From Crocinitomicaceae bacterium (GTDB taxonomy: Bacteria > Bacteroidota > Bacteroidia > Flavobacteriales_D > Crocinitomicaceae), in NCBI GenBank assembly GCA_021738405.1, contig JAIPCC010000003.1, positions 308 to 64,307 on the forward strand: a stretch of 64,000 bases of DNA, read 5' to 3'. The translations under genes and the position numbers were made by a program. Below, in pieces: positions 28,432 through 37,373 of the stretch; position 1 is the first letter of the stretch, and each line of letters opens with the position of its first letter. The notes beneath the pieces were generated by a model, which searched no databases, had not been told where the DNA came from, and was given only the letters and a program-made list of their open reading frames with translations.

Positions 28432-28878
28432 TTATTCGCTGACTACTTCAATTTTGAAAGTTTGCTTCACGCCTTTGTAAAGGTTGGCTTCAGCTTCGAA
28501 AGTACCGAGCTCACGAATAGGCTCTTCTTTGATTTTCAAAGATTTGCGATCGATATCGAAACCAGCTTCGCGAAGTGCGTCAGCAATTTGAACGGTGTTG
28601 ATTGATCCGAAAATTTTGCCGTTTTCACCTGCTTTAGTTGCAATGCTCAAAGTAACTTCTGCAAGTTTAGCCGCAATTGCTTGCGCTTCACCTAACATTT
28701 TAGATTCTTTGTGCGACTTCTGACGCATGATTTCTTCGTGTGCTTTTTTAGCACTTGCGGTAGCTAATACAGCATACCCTTGCGGGATAAGGAAATTACG
28801 TCCGTATCCTGGCTTTACAGTTACTACCTCATTGGTGTAACCGAGTTTATCTACATTTTTCTTAAGAATGACTTCCAT
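28432..28878 (-). CDS. rplI: 50S ribosomal protein L9
   Basis: MEVILKKNVDKLGYTNEVVTVKPGYGRNFLIPQGYA is a canonical L9 N-terminus. Confidence 0.95.
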   Translation of the reverse strand: MEVILKKNVDKLGYTNEVVTVKPGYGRNFLIPQGYAVLATASAKKAHEEIMRQKSHKESKMLGEAQAIAAKLAEVTLSIATKAGENGKIFGSINTVQIADALREAGFDIDRKSLKIKEEPIRELGTFEAEANLYKGVKQTFKIEVVSE

Positions 28879-28908
28879 GATTTCTCAGTTATATCGTTCA
28901 ACAATGAC

Positions 28909-29169
28909 TTATTTCAACATGTCGCCAACGTAAGGCAAAATCGCGAGGTGACGCGCACGCTTGATGGCTTTGTTGACACGTTTTTGATACTTCTGGGAAG
29001 TACCGGTAATGCGACGCGGTAAAATTTTACCTTGTTCGTTTACTAATTTCAATAAGAAACTAGCGTCTTTGTAATCGATGAATTTAATTCCACTTTTCTT
29101 AAAGCGGCAGTACTTCTCCTTTTTAATATCGATGTTGATCGGAGTAAGGTAACGGATATCGTTTGACAT
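28909..29169 (-). CDS. rpsR: 30S ribosomal protein S18
   Basis: [33 protein letters not shown] is canonical S18. Confidence 0.95.
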   Translation of the reverse strand: MSNDIRYLTPINIDIKKEKYCRFKKSGIKFIDYKDASFLLKLVNEQGKILPRRITGTSQKYQKRVNKAIKRARHLAILPYVGDMLK

Positions 29170-29199
29170 GTCTCGTTGTTTAATGGGTTTGACAATAAA

Positions 29200-29538
29200 T
29201 TAGGCAGTAGCTCCAGCTTTTGCACGACGCTTGTCAGCGTAGGCAAGGTGATCGGTGTCCATTTTTACAGTTAAGAATCGGAGAACACGCTCGTCGCGCT
29301 TCATCATCAATTCGTAATCTGCAACAACGTTGCCTTCAGCTTCAAATTCAACAAGGAAATAAAATCCTGTTGATTTTTTCTGGATTGGGTAGGCCAATTT
29401 GCGCAAACCCCAGCTCTCCGAATGCTTGATTTTACCTCCTTTTGAGGTGATCTCGCCTTCGAATTTCTGTACTGCTTCCTTTGCCTGCTCATCAGACAAA
29501 ACGGGAGTTAAAATGAAAACAGTTTCGTAAGAATTCAT
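29200..29538 (-). CDS. rpsF: 30S ribosomal protein S6
   Basis: [21 protein letters not shown]...[12 protein letters not shown] is canonical S6. Confidence 0.95.
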   Translation of the reverse strand: MNSYETVFILTPVLSDEQAKEAVQKFEGEITSKGGKIKHSESWGLRKLAYPIQKKSTGFYFLVEFEAEGNVVADYELMMKRDERVLRFLTVKMDTDHLAYADKRRAKAGATA

Positions 29539-29573
29539 AAGGTTAAACTTTAATTAATATACTATTTGGGGTG

Positions 29574-29581
29574 CAAAGATA
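29574..29581 (-). promoter_or_regulatory. -7 promoter box TATCTTTG for rpsF-rpsR-rplI
   Basis: The plus strand reads CAAAGATA, 35 nt upstream of the rpsF ATG. Confidence 0.45.
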
Positions 29582-29626
29582 GCGAGAATAAGCGAATTAA
29601 CAAGTGTCCCGCTCATTTTTAGAAGC

Positions 29627-29869
29627 CTATTGTTCTTTTCTAAGCAATTGATTGTAGTCGCGGAGCATCTCGATTTCTGTCAAGGTATGCTCATAGGTTG
29701 CCAGCAAGGTCAAGTATTCGACACTAAACTGCTTGAAAAAATCGTAAGTAATCACCTCGGAGATCAGCTTCAACAAGCCAGTATCAATCGTTTTTCGCGA
29801 AAATTTACTATAACAGAAATGCAAATCCGAGACAGTAAAAATTGTATTTGGTTTTGAACGCTTTTTGAC
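29627..29869 (-). pseudogene. Orphan open frame, possibly a 3' gene remnant
   Basis: The stop-to-stop frame (..IFTVSDLHFCYSKFSRKTIDTGLLKLISEVITYDFF..EMLRDYNQLLRKEQ) has no ATG, only a TTG at 29824. It is AT-rich, I recognised no family, and it lies in the largest non-coding stretch of the window. Confidence 0.25.
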
Positions 29870-29903
29870 TCAATCTGCCAAGGCCCCAGTATCCTACACT
29901 TGT

Positions 29904-29915
29904 ATGGAATATTAC
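29904..29915 (+). repeat. 12-bp direct repeat ATGGAATATTAC, left copy
   Basis: Identical 12-mer at 31213-31224. The two copies bracket the DUF1016 gene. Confidence 0.6.
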
Positions 29916-30108
29916 TTAGTCGTTTGACTTTTTTGCGCAGATGGAATTAATCTTTTCCTGATTATTCCTCCTCATTAAAAACTTTATCTTCAAACACTTA
30001 ACAATATTCCCAATAGATAAAGAAGGGCTATATCAAGAATTGAGGCTGAAAATAAAGCGCAAATTGAAGCGTTTTTGTGAATCAAAAACAAACAACTCTA
30101 TTTGATGT

Positions 30109-31191
30109 ATGAGTCATGATTTAACATCCCTTCTTTTACAAATTAGTGAATTGGACCGTCAATTGACAAACCGAGCCGCAAAATCGATTGACCGCTTGTT
30201 AACATTGCGCAATTGGTTAATTGGCGGATATATTTTTGAATTTGAACAAAATGGTGCTGTTAAAGCAATTTATGGCACCAAATTAGAGCAAACGCTTGCC
30301 GAAAAACTTAATAGAAAGGGACTGTCTGAAAGGAATTTAAAATTATTTAAACAGTTTTATCAGGCGTATCCTCAAATAATGCAGACAGTGTCTGCACAAT
30401 TCAAATTACCTAAAAGTATCTTGCTAACAGCCTCTGCATCCTCTATTGAAGCAAATGAATATACCGCAAAATTATTAGACAATATATCATTCTCACATTT
30501 CACTGAGTTGCTGAAAATTTCGAGCAAGGAGAAAAGAGAATTCTACGAAATACAGTGCATAAAAAGTATTTGGACAGTACGTGAGCTAAAACGGCAAATA
30601 AATAGTTTAACTTTTGAACGAACCGCCGTTTCAAAAAACAAAGGAAAAACAATCAATAGCTCAACAACAGCTGCAGAAATACAATCAGCAAGTTCAATTA
30701 TCAAGACGCCATTTGTTTTTGATTTTCTAGATCTACCGGACAATCTTTTAGCAGATGAATCAAGGTTTGAAAATGCACTTCTCAACGATTTGAAAAATTT
30801 CATGTTGGAATTAGGACATGGCTTTTGTTTCGAAGGTCAGCAAAAGAGATTAGTAATTGGAGGCGAGTACTTTTTTGTGGATTTAGTTTTTTATCACCGT
30901 ATACTTAAATGCCACGTCTTAATTGAATTAAAAGTGGATGAATTTAATCATGCACATGTAGGACAACTCAATACCTACGTTCAATATTATAAAAAGAACG
31001 TCCAAGAAGCTACGGACAAACCACCAATAGGCATTTTATTGTGCACCACTAAAAACGATGAATTGGTTGAATATGCATTAGGTGGCATTGATCAAAACTT
31101 GTTTGTCACCACCTATCAAACCGCCTTACCTAGTTCAGAAGAATTGAAACAGTTCTTACAAACAGAAAAAGCAAAATTAAATGTAAAATAA
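30109..31191 (+). CDS. DUF1016/YhcG-type PD-(D/E)XK nuclease domain protein
   Basis: The N-terminal RLLTLRNWLIGGYIFEFEQNG and the C-terminal nuclease core GEYFFVDLVFYHRILKCHVLIELKVDEF..HVGQLNTYVQYY fit the YhcG family. AT-rich: 20 G+C in the first 60 nt. Confidence 0.8.
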   Translation: MSHDLTSLLLQISELDRQLTNRAAKSIDRLLTLRNWLIGGYIFEFEQNGAVKAIYGTKLEQTLAEKLNRKGLSERNLKLFKQFYQAYPQIMQTVSAQFKLPKSILLTASASSIEANEYTAKLLDNISFSHFTELLKISSKEKREFYEIQCIKSIWTVRELKRQINSLTFERTAVSKNKGKTINSSTTAAEIQSASSIIKTPFVFDFLDLPDNLLADESRFENALLNDLKNFMLELGHGFCFEGQQKRLVIGGEYFFVDLVFYHRILKCHVLIELKVDEFNHAHVGQLNTYVQYYKKNVQEATDKPPIGILLCTTKNDELVEYALGGIDQNLFVTTYQTALPSSEELKQFLQTEKAKLNVK

Positions 31192-31212
31192 AACGCTCAT
31201 CGGACACAATAA

Positions 31213-31224
31213 ATGGAATATTAC
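31213..31224 (+). repeat. 12-bp direct repeat ATGGAATATTAC, right copy
   Basis: Identical to 29904-29915, and 22 nt after the DUF1016 stop. Confidence 0.6.
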
Positions 31225-31287
31225 AATGAGTTTCCTTTCAAAACGCCTATCCCCTCATAATTAAGCGGCTTTTTGTATTTTTACCAC

Positions 31288-31962
31288 ATGTCCTTTTTCA
31301 CCGAAGATTATCTACTGTTCTTTCAAGAGCTCGCAGCCAACAACCACAAAGAATGGTTTGATGTCAACCGAAAGCGCTATGAAAAGAGCGTGAAAGAACC
31401 ATTTAAGGCTTTTACGCAGCACCTCATCGATGAACTGGCCAAAACAGAGCCTGTTTTCAAAGAACTCAAGGCGTCCGATTGCATTTTTAGGATCAATAGA
31501 GACATTCGTTTTTCCAAAGACAAAACGCCTTACAAGACGCAGTGTTCGGCTGTTATTTCGCCGCAAGGCAAGAAAAGTAGTTCGATTCACGGTATTTATT
31601 TTGAGTTTGGACCCGAGCATGTGAGGGCCTATGGAGGTGTTTACGAAATCGAAAAGGACGATTTGTATGCGCTTAGAGAAGGCATTGCAAATGACCTCAG
31701 CACCTTTCAAAAACTTTATGCTACCAAGGATTTCAAGTCGCTTTTTGGCGAAATTCACGGAGAAAAGAACAAAAAATTAGATAAGACATTTCAGCAAGCG
31801 GCTGCGCAAGAGCCCCTGCTCTTCAACAAGCAATTTTATTTTTATAGTACATTTGAAGCCGAAACGCTACTCAAGCCTGAGCTCGATCAAATCATGCTCG
31901 GGTGCTACCACACGGGGCGGCCTATCGAATTATTTTTCAATCAATTTATACAACGTTCATGA
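31288..31962 (+). CDS. DUF2461 (TIGR02453) family protein
   Basis: FFQELAANNHKEWFDVNRKRYE...IFRINRDIRFSKDKTPYK is the family signature. I prefer the ATG at 31288 over the TTG at 31273. Confidence 0.8.
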   Translation: MSFFTEDYLLFFQELAANNHKEWFDVNRKRYEKSVKEPFKAFTQHLIDELAKTEPVFKELKASDCIFRINRDIRFSKDKTPYKTQCSAVISPQGKKSSSIHGIYFEFGPEHVRAYGGVYEIEKDDLYALREGIANDLSTFQKLYATKDFKSLFGEIHGEKNKKLDKTFQQAAAQEPLLFNKQFYFYSTFEAETLLKPELDQIMLGCYHTGRPIELFFNQFIQRS

Positions 31963-34067
31963 AACACCTCTTTCAATTCCTATTCATCGGACTGGCTTTC
32001 GTTAGTTTTGGTCAAAAGAAATCCTTTGACCTCAAGGAGTCAGTTTTGAAGCAAAGAGCACTTTCGCCGGTGCGCCTCAATAATTTCCAATGGATTCCGG
32101 ACACAGATCAGTACACCGTTTGCAGTGCCGATTGGCAAAGTCTACAACAAAGTTCGGTCGCCTCAGACAAAGCTTTCGAATTGACGAGCGTCAAGGAAAT
32201 CAATGAAAAACTGGGTACTTCCTTTGCGCATCTTGCTTTTGCCAAATGGGTGAGCAAAGATGTGTTAGAAGTTTCAGACGGTGGAAGCGTATTTGCGCTC
32301 TATAACACAGCAAGCAAAACCGGTAGCATTCATCAAGTTCAAAACGGCGGCGAAAACGTGCATTTTCATGCGACAAGCAAGCGCTTGGCTTATACCATAG
32401 AGAACAATTTATATGTCGACGGGCGTGCGGTCACCAAAAACAAAGACAAAAACATCGTATCAGGCCAAACCTATGCACGCAGTGAGTTCGGGATTACAGA
32501 AGGGATTTTTTGGTCCAACTCTGGGGCTTTGCTCGCTTTTTATCAAAAGGATGAAAGTGCAGTACACGACTACCCGCTCCTAGACATCAACCAAACGCCT
32601 GGTGCGGTCAAGTTCATCAAGTACCCAATGGCTGGCCAAGCGTCAGAAAAACCGCGCGTGGGTATTTACAACCACAAGACCAAGAAAACAGTCTTTATTT
32701 GCCCGCGTTCAGGCGCAGACTCCTACCTCACGAACGTGGCTTTTACACCGAGTGAAAAATACCTTTTGGTAGCAGAGGTGAACCGCGACCAGAACCATAT
32801 GTGGTTGTATCTCTACGATTTAAAAGGGAACCTCGTGCGCACCTTGTGGGAGGAACAAAACGACAAATGGGTAGAGCCAGAGCACCCAGCATTTTTTCCT
32901 TCCAAAACATCGGACAACTTCATCTGGATTTCAGAAAAGAATGGTTTCAACAACCTTTATTATGTCGACATCAACGGACAAATCATCAAGACGGTAACTT
33001 CCAACAAATTTGTGGTGAAGGATATCCTTGAGGCGAGTGAAGACGGCAGTAAAATTTACTTTTCCGCAACCGGAGCCAACGCATGTAACACCCTAGTTTA
33101 CGAGGTCGATTTACAAGGCGACCAACGCCTACTCACCAACGCAGAAGGAACACACCGCTTTGCTTTGGCACCAAAAGGCGCTTATTATTACGATGGCTAC
33201 AGCAGTGTTGAAGTAGCCAACAAAGAATACGTCATGACCTTGAACGGGAAAATGGCCAAACTCCTGCAAGATTCACCAGATAAATTAGCTGAGTATAACA
33301 TTGGCAGCACAGAAATTGGCAATATCAAAGGAAAAGATGGTTCGGCACTTTATTACCGCATGATCAAGCCTGCGGACTTTGACCCGACTAAAAAATATCC
33401 TGTGTTGGTTTATGTCTATGGCGGGCCACATGCCCAAATGGTGACCAACAGCTGGTTGGCGGGTGCCAATTTGTGGATGCATTGGCTGGCCAATCAGGGT
33501 TACATCGTGTTTACGCTAGACAACCGCGGTTCGGGCGAGCGCGGCTTTGCTTTCGAAAGCCAAATTCACCGCCAACTCGGTACCGTAGAAATGGAAGATC
33601 AGCTCACGGGTGTAGACTACCTGAAGACTTTACCTTACATCGATGGCGAGCGCATGGCGGTCCATGGTTGGTCTTTTGGCGGCTTCATGACCACTAGTTT
33701 AATGCTGCGCCAAGCGGGCGTGTTCAATGTTGGCGTTGCTGGAGGCCCAGTTACCGACTGGAAATTCTATGAAATTATGTACGGTGAGCGCTACATGGAC
33801 CGCCCCGAACAAAATCCAGAAGGCTACCAAGCCAATTCACTCTTGAACCACACCAAGAATTTAAAAGGCAAATTATTGCTCATTCATGGTACCGTAGACG
33901 ATGTTGTAGTGATGCAGCACAACGAAGCTTTGCTCAAGTCTTTTATCGAAAACGGCGTGCAGGCAGATTACTTTGTATACCCCATGCACCCACACAACGT
34001 GAGTGGCAAAGACCGCGCGCATTTAATGGAAAAGGTCTTGCTTTATATCATTGAAAATAACGATTAA
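31959..34067 (+). CDS. S9 family peptidase, dipeptidyl-peptidase IV-like
   Basis: Signal peptide from the ATG at 31959 (ATGA overlap with the upstream stop), a beta-propeller N-half, the Ser nucleophile GWSFGG, plus HGTVDDVV and HPHNV. Confidence 0.9.
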   Translation: MKHLFQFLFIGLAFVSFGQKKSFDLKESVLKQRALSPVRLNNFQWIPDTDQYTVCSADWQSLQQSSVASDKAFELTSVKEINEKLGTSFAHLAFAKWVSKDVLEVSDGGSVFALYNTASKTGSIHQVQNGGENVHFHATSKRLAYTIENNLYVDGRAVTKNKDKNIVSGQTYARSEFGITEGIFWSNSGALLAFYQKDESAVHDYPLLDINQTPGAVKFIKYPMAGQASEKPRVGIYNHKTKKTVFICPRSGADSYLTNVAFTPSEKYLLVAEVNRDQNHMWLYLYDLKGNLVRTLWEEQNDKWVEPEHPAFFPSKTSDNFIWISEKNGFNNLYYVDINGQIIKTVTSNKFVVKDILEASEDGSKIYFSATGANACNTLVYEVDLQGDQRLLTNAEGTHRFALAPKGAYYYDGYSSVEVANKEYVMTLNGKMAKLLQDSPDKLAEYNIGSTEIGNIKGKDGSALYYRMIKPADFDPTKKYPVLVYVYGGPHAQMVTNSWLAGANLWMHWLANQGYIVFTLDNRGSGERGFAFESQIHRQLGTVEMEDQLTGVDYLKTLPYIDGERMAVHGWSFGGFMTTSLMLRQAGVFNVGVAGGPVTDWKFYEIMYGERYMDRPEQNPEGYQANSLLNHTKNLKGKLLLIHGTVDDVVVMQHNEALLKSFIENGVQADYFVYPMHPHNVSGKDRAHLMEKVLLYIIENND

Positions 34068-34353
34068 GGCTCATCCAGCCGCCGCCGTTGTGCACGGTGT
34101 AGCCAGCTGCCTTGAGCAAGCTTTTGGCACTACCGCTGCGCATGCCAGACGCACAACAAGTAATGATGGTTTTGTTTTTAGGAATCTTGCTCATGTTGGC
34201 TTGCAAAGACTGCAAAGGCATATTGACTGCTCCATTGACATGCCCACCTTTGAACTCTGCAGGTGAACGCACATCGATGATCATGGCGCCTTGCTTAACG
34301 AGCATTGCGAAATCTACGCTTGTTCCGCCGAATAATTTCTTGAGTAAAGACAT
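34048..34353 (-). CDS. Single-domain rhodanese sulfurtransferase
   Basis: Active-site loop CCASGMRS. The 3' end overlaps the DPP-IV gene's 3' end by 20 nt (convergent). Confidence 0.8.
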   Translation of the reverse strand: MSLLKKLFGGTSVDFAMLVKQGAMIIDVRSPAEFKGGHVNGAVNMPLQSLQANMSKIPKNKTIITCCASGMRSGSAKSLLKAAGYTVHNGGGWMSLNRYFQ

Positions 34354-34356
34354 CGC

Positions 34357-34611
34357 TTATTGTTGAGAAGCTAAGTAATTCACATCTAACCAAGAACCTC
34401 CGTTTTCGCAATCTACGCCAATAGATTGAAAATATTGCGTGGCCTGACCCGAGCGGTTTCCCGAAGCACAGCAAAAAATAATCGGCTGAGCCAGGGCTTT
34501 GATTTCGTCGATATGACCGGTGATTACTTGGAGTGGAATATTGATGGATCCGGCTACGTGGCCACCAGCAAATTCGGCGTGCGTGCGCACATCAATGATT
34601 ATTTTTGACAT
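34357..34611 (-). CDS. Single-domain rhodanese sulfurtransferase
   Basis: Active-site loop CCASGNRS. A tandem paralogue of the gene downstream. Confidence 0.8.
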   Translation of the reverse strand: MSKIIIDVRTHAEFAGGHVAGSINIPLQVITGHIDEIKALAQPIIFCCASGNRSGQATQYFQSIGVDCENGGSWLDVNYLASQQ

Positions 34612-34657
34612 CTTTCTATTTTTTATGGATTAAATCAATTCTTTTTCATTTCGAGTA

Positions 34658-34665
34658 CAAAGTTA
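34658..34665 (-). promoter_or_regulatory. -7 promoter box TAACTTTG for the rhodanese pair
   Basis: The plus strand reads CAAAGTTA, 46 nt upstream of the ATG at 34611. Confidence 0.35.
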
Positions 34666-34726
34666 AGAACTTGTTACATTTTGATTTGTAGCCCAAGTTA
34701 CACAGAATGAAGAACGAGAAATAAAC

Positions 34727-34734
34727 TACCTTTG
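34727..34734 (+). promoter_or_regulatory. -7 promoter box TACCTTTG
   Basis: Exact TAnnTTTG, 13 nt upstream of the ATG at 34748. Confidence 0.4.
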
Positions 34735-34747
34735 CCAAAATTATTTT

Positions 34748-35227
34748 ATGAAACAAGTTTCTTTAGCGGCCATTGAAAAGGCCATTGAGGTCGTAGATAA
34801 CCTCACCGACGAACAACTCGAAAACATCACGGAGCGCTATGCCGATGCACAAGATGCCTTATTGGGCTATGTCATGACGGCGCCTGAGGAATACAAAAAC
34901 GATGACCTTGAAGGCTTGTTGATTTACTATTTCTGCTTGGTACTTGAAGCCTTCAAACAAGATGGTGTGGAACTCAGAACCGTTACCGAAGAAGACATCG
35001 ATACGCTAGAAGAACCTTTCTTTGACATGCTCGATCAGTATTTTGAAAGCGAAGACGAAGAAATCATTGAATCTTTCTGCGACCAACCATTCTTGGCTCA
35101 ATTCATGGCGATGGAAGTTTCAGAAGAAGATGAAGATGGCTCTGCCCTATCAGAAGAAACTGCCACCCAGCTCTTTATTGTGACTTTGGCCATGATTTCT
35201 TTATTGAACCGCGCAATTATTGCATAG
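34748..35227 (+). CDS. Acidic hypothetical protein
   Basis: Clean ORF with a promoter box. Very Asp/Glu-rich. I recognised no motif. Confidence 0.5.
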   Translation: MKQVSLAAIEKAIEVVDNLTDEQLENITERYADAQDALLGYVMTAPEEYKNDDLEGLLIYYFCLVLEAFKQDGVELRTVTEEDIDTLEEPFFDMLDQYFESEDEEIIESFCDQPFLAQFMAMEVSEEDEDGSALSEETATQLFIVTLAMISLLNRAIIA

Positions 35228-35243
35228 AATCACAAGAAATTCG

Positions 35244-35251
35244 TATTTTTG
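35244..35251 (+). promoter_or_regulatory. -7 promoter box TATTTTTG for SRP RNA
   Basis: Exact TAnnTTTG, 3 nt before the first base of the SRP RNA closing helix. A TTG lies about 21 nt upstream. Confidence 0.55.
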
Positions 35252-35254
35252 CAT

Positions 35255-35352
35255 GGGGTAAGTCTTTTACGACCAGCTCCCTCTGAATCCTCCAGGACAG
35301 GAATGTAGCAAAGGTAAGAGGTTGTAGCGGTGCGATAAAAGTAGCTTACCCC
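35255..35352 (+). ncRNA. ffs: Signal recognition particle RNA (small bacterial 4.5S type)
   Basis: 5' GGGGTAAG pairs with 3' CTTACCCC and CTTTT pairs with AAAAG. The domain IV core CAGG-ACA-GGAA-TGT-AGCA-AAGG mirrors E. coli AGG-UCC-GGAA-GGA-AGCA (GNRA tetraloop plus symmetric loop). About 98 nt, followed by a T-run at 35355-35362. Confidence 0.85.
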
Positions 35353-35371
35353 ATCTTTTTTTGTGTCTACC

Positions 35372-36385
35372 ATGAAAATTTCAGCATCCATTTATTCCGA
35401 CGCCGCTCGCCCTTTGCAAGCCGTTATTGCTGACCTAGTAGCCCATCAAGTAGACCTCCTCCACATCGATTGCAACGACGACCTCCGCGTTTTTGACGAC
35501 ATCAAAAAAATCCGCGAATGGTGCTCGCTCCCACTCGATTTGCACATCATTACCCCTGACCCGAGCAAATTTTACCCCTACCTACTCGAAAACCCCGTTG
35601 AGTACCTCACTTTTCAAGTAGAAGATTTAAATACTGAGCTGCAAATTCCAGCAGCAATTACCGGCAAAAAAGGCCTCGCACTCATCACCCCTACTCCCAT
35701 TTCGGCTTTTGAACCCTTCGAGCACTTCGATTTCATCCTGATCATGGCCACTATTCCAGGGCAATCTGGCGGTGTTTTTGACCGACTCAATTTTGACAAA
35801 ATCAGAAACTTCAGAAAGCGCTACCCCCATAAGTCTATTCATGTAGACGGCGGCGTGAATCCTGAAGTCTCGTTTATCTTGAGACAAATGGGTGTGAGCA
35901 CGGCTGTTTCGGGTTCTTATCTTTTCAAAGAGGCCAGCGTGGGCAATGCGCTCATGAACCTCACCAAGCGCAGCATTGGCTCTGCCTTCAAGGTGGCCGA
36001 TTTCATGACGCCCTTGCACGAAACCCCGAAGTTCAGCATTGAAAATTTGGATTTAATAAATGTCCTACAGACTGTAGAAGAGGGCCAAATGGGTGTCGCT
36101 ATGGCTGTAGATGCTCACAATACCTTCATTGGTTTGATATCGAGTGCCGACATCAGAAAAGCCCTACTGAAGAACCTCCATAACGGTTCGGACCTCAACT
36201 TCATCGACCCAAATAGCATGATCAACCGCCAACCTATTTGCATCCATGAAGACGCAAGCGTTGTTGAACTCTTGCAACTCATCAAAAATAGCCCCTTTGC
36301 GGTGCTTTACTTACCTGTCATCGACGCTGCCAAGCAACTCAAAGGCATCGTTCAATTCTCCAACCTGATCAAAGCAGAAATATGA
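35372..36385 (+). CDS. Ribulose-phosphate 3-epimerase-fold enzyme fused to a C-terminal CBS pair
   Basis: The N-terminal ~210 aa align to RPE with the metal and catalytic positions kept (HIDCND, DLHII, MATIPGQSGG, HVDGGV). The C-terminal ~130 aa have two CBS-like units (VADFMTP...GLISSADIRKA; MINRQP...GIVQFSNLIKA). Confidence 0.7.
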   Translation: MKISASIYSDAARPLQAVIADLVAHQVDLLHIDCNDDLRVFDDIKKIREWCSLPLDLHIITPDPSKFYPYLLENPVEYLTFQVEDLNTELQIPAAITGKKGLALITPTPISAFEPFEHFDFILIMATIPGQSGGVFDRLNFDKIRNFRKRYPHKSIHVDGGVNPEVSFILRQMGVSTAVSGSYLFKEASVGNALMNLTKRSIGSAFKVADFMTPLHETPKFSIENLDLINVLQTVEEGQMGVAMAVDAHNTFIGLISSADIRKALLKNLHNGSDLNFIDPNSMINRQPICIHEDASVVELLQLIKNSPFAVLYLPVIDAAKQLKGIVQFSNLIKAEI

Positions 36386-37371
36386 TCATCGAACTCAAAA
36401 ACAACACCAACGCAGCTGCACTAGCTGCCACGCACCACGCTTTTCACATCCAATATCTCGGAAAAGACTACCTCATTACCGGTAGCGGCCTCAAAGAAGT
36501 TCCTGCAGCGCTGCAAGACCACACCCAAAACCATTGGGTCTTTGCCAACGACATCCAGCTCGCTTCGCGCAAGTTCCAGGACCAAAAACGCGAAGTTAAA
36601 TTCGGAAATGTCACCATTGGTGGCCAAACCAACAATACCATCTTGATTGGCGGACCTTGTTCTGTCGAATCAGAAGAGCAGCTCCGCGGTTCGGCTGAGT
36701 TACTCGTGAGCATGGGCCTCAGCACCCTCAGAGGTGGCGCCTACAAACCGCGCACGAGCCCCTACTCTTTTCAAGGCATGGGACTAGAAGGCTTGCAACT
36801 TTTGGCCAAAATGCGCCAAGACTACGGCCTCAACGTGATCACCGAAGCCCGCGATGCCACCCATATCGATGAAATCATCGAACACACCGACATCATTCAG
36901 GTGGGCGCCAAAGCCATGTACGACCAAGGCATTTTGCGCGCGTGTTCCAAAATCAAGAAACCAGTGCTGATCAAGCGCGGTTTTGGCACAACGCTTCAAG
37001 AATTTGTCCAAGCAGCCGAATTTGTGCTTTCAGGTGGCAACGAAAATGTGGTGCTCTGCGAGCGCGGCATCCGCACCTTTGAAACAGGCACCCGTTTTAC
37101 GCTCGACTTATGTGGCGTGGCCTGGTTGCAAGAACACACCAATTTACCGATCATACTAGATCCATCACACGCCATGGGCTATGCTTACGGTGTGAATCCG
37201 CTGGCGCGCGCTTGCGTGGCCATGGGCATAGACGGCTTGCTCATCGAGGCGCATCCGAACCCTAAGGTTGCCAAATCAGATGCCTCCCAGCAGCTCAACT
37301 ACGATGAATTCAGAAAACTCCATTCCGATATTCAAAAAGTAGCACAAAGCGTTGGTTATCAAATTATTTAA
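36382..37371 (+). CDS. 3-deoxy-7-phosphoheptulonate (DAHP) synthase, type I-beta with N-terminal regulatory domain
   Basis: Collinear with Thermotoga-type DAHPS as I recall it (IGGPCSVESEEQL, RGGAYKPRTSPYSFQG, CERGIRTFE, LDPSH, EAHPNP). KPRT is the DAHPS signature, not the KDO8PS one. ATGA overlap with the upstream gene. Confidence 0.85.
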   Translation: MIIELKNNTNAAALAATHHAFHIQYLGKDYLITGSGLKEVPAALQDHTQNHWVFANDIQLASRKFQDQKREVKFGNVTIGGQTNNTILIGGPCSVESEEQLRGSAELLVSMGLSTLRGGAYKPRTSPYSFQGMGLEGLQLLAKMRQDYGLNVITEARDATHIDEIIEHTDIIQVGAKAMYDQGILRACSKIKKPVLIKRGFGTTLQEFVQAAEFVLSGGNENVVLCERGIRTFETGTRFTLDLCGVAWLQEHTNLPIILDPSHAMGYAYGVNPLARACVAMGIDGLLIEAHPNPKVAKSDASQQLNYDEFRKLHSDIQKVAQSVGYQII

Positions 37372-37373
37372 TT

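Noticed and set aside
34048-34611. Tandem single-domain rhodanese genes as something unusual.
   Set aside because: They are ordinary paralogues with intact CCASGxRS active-site loops. Duplicated small sulfurtransferases are common.
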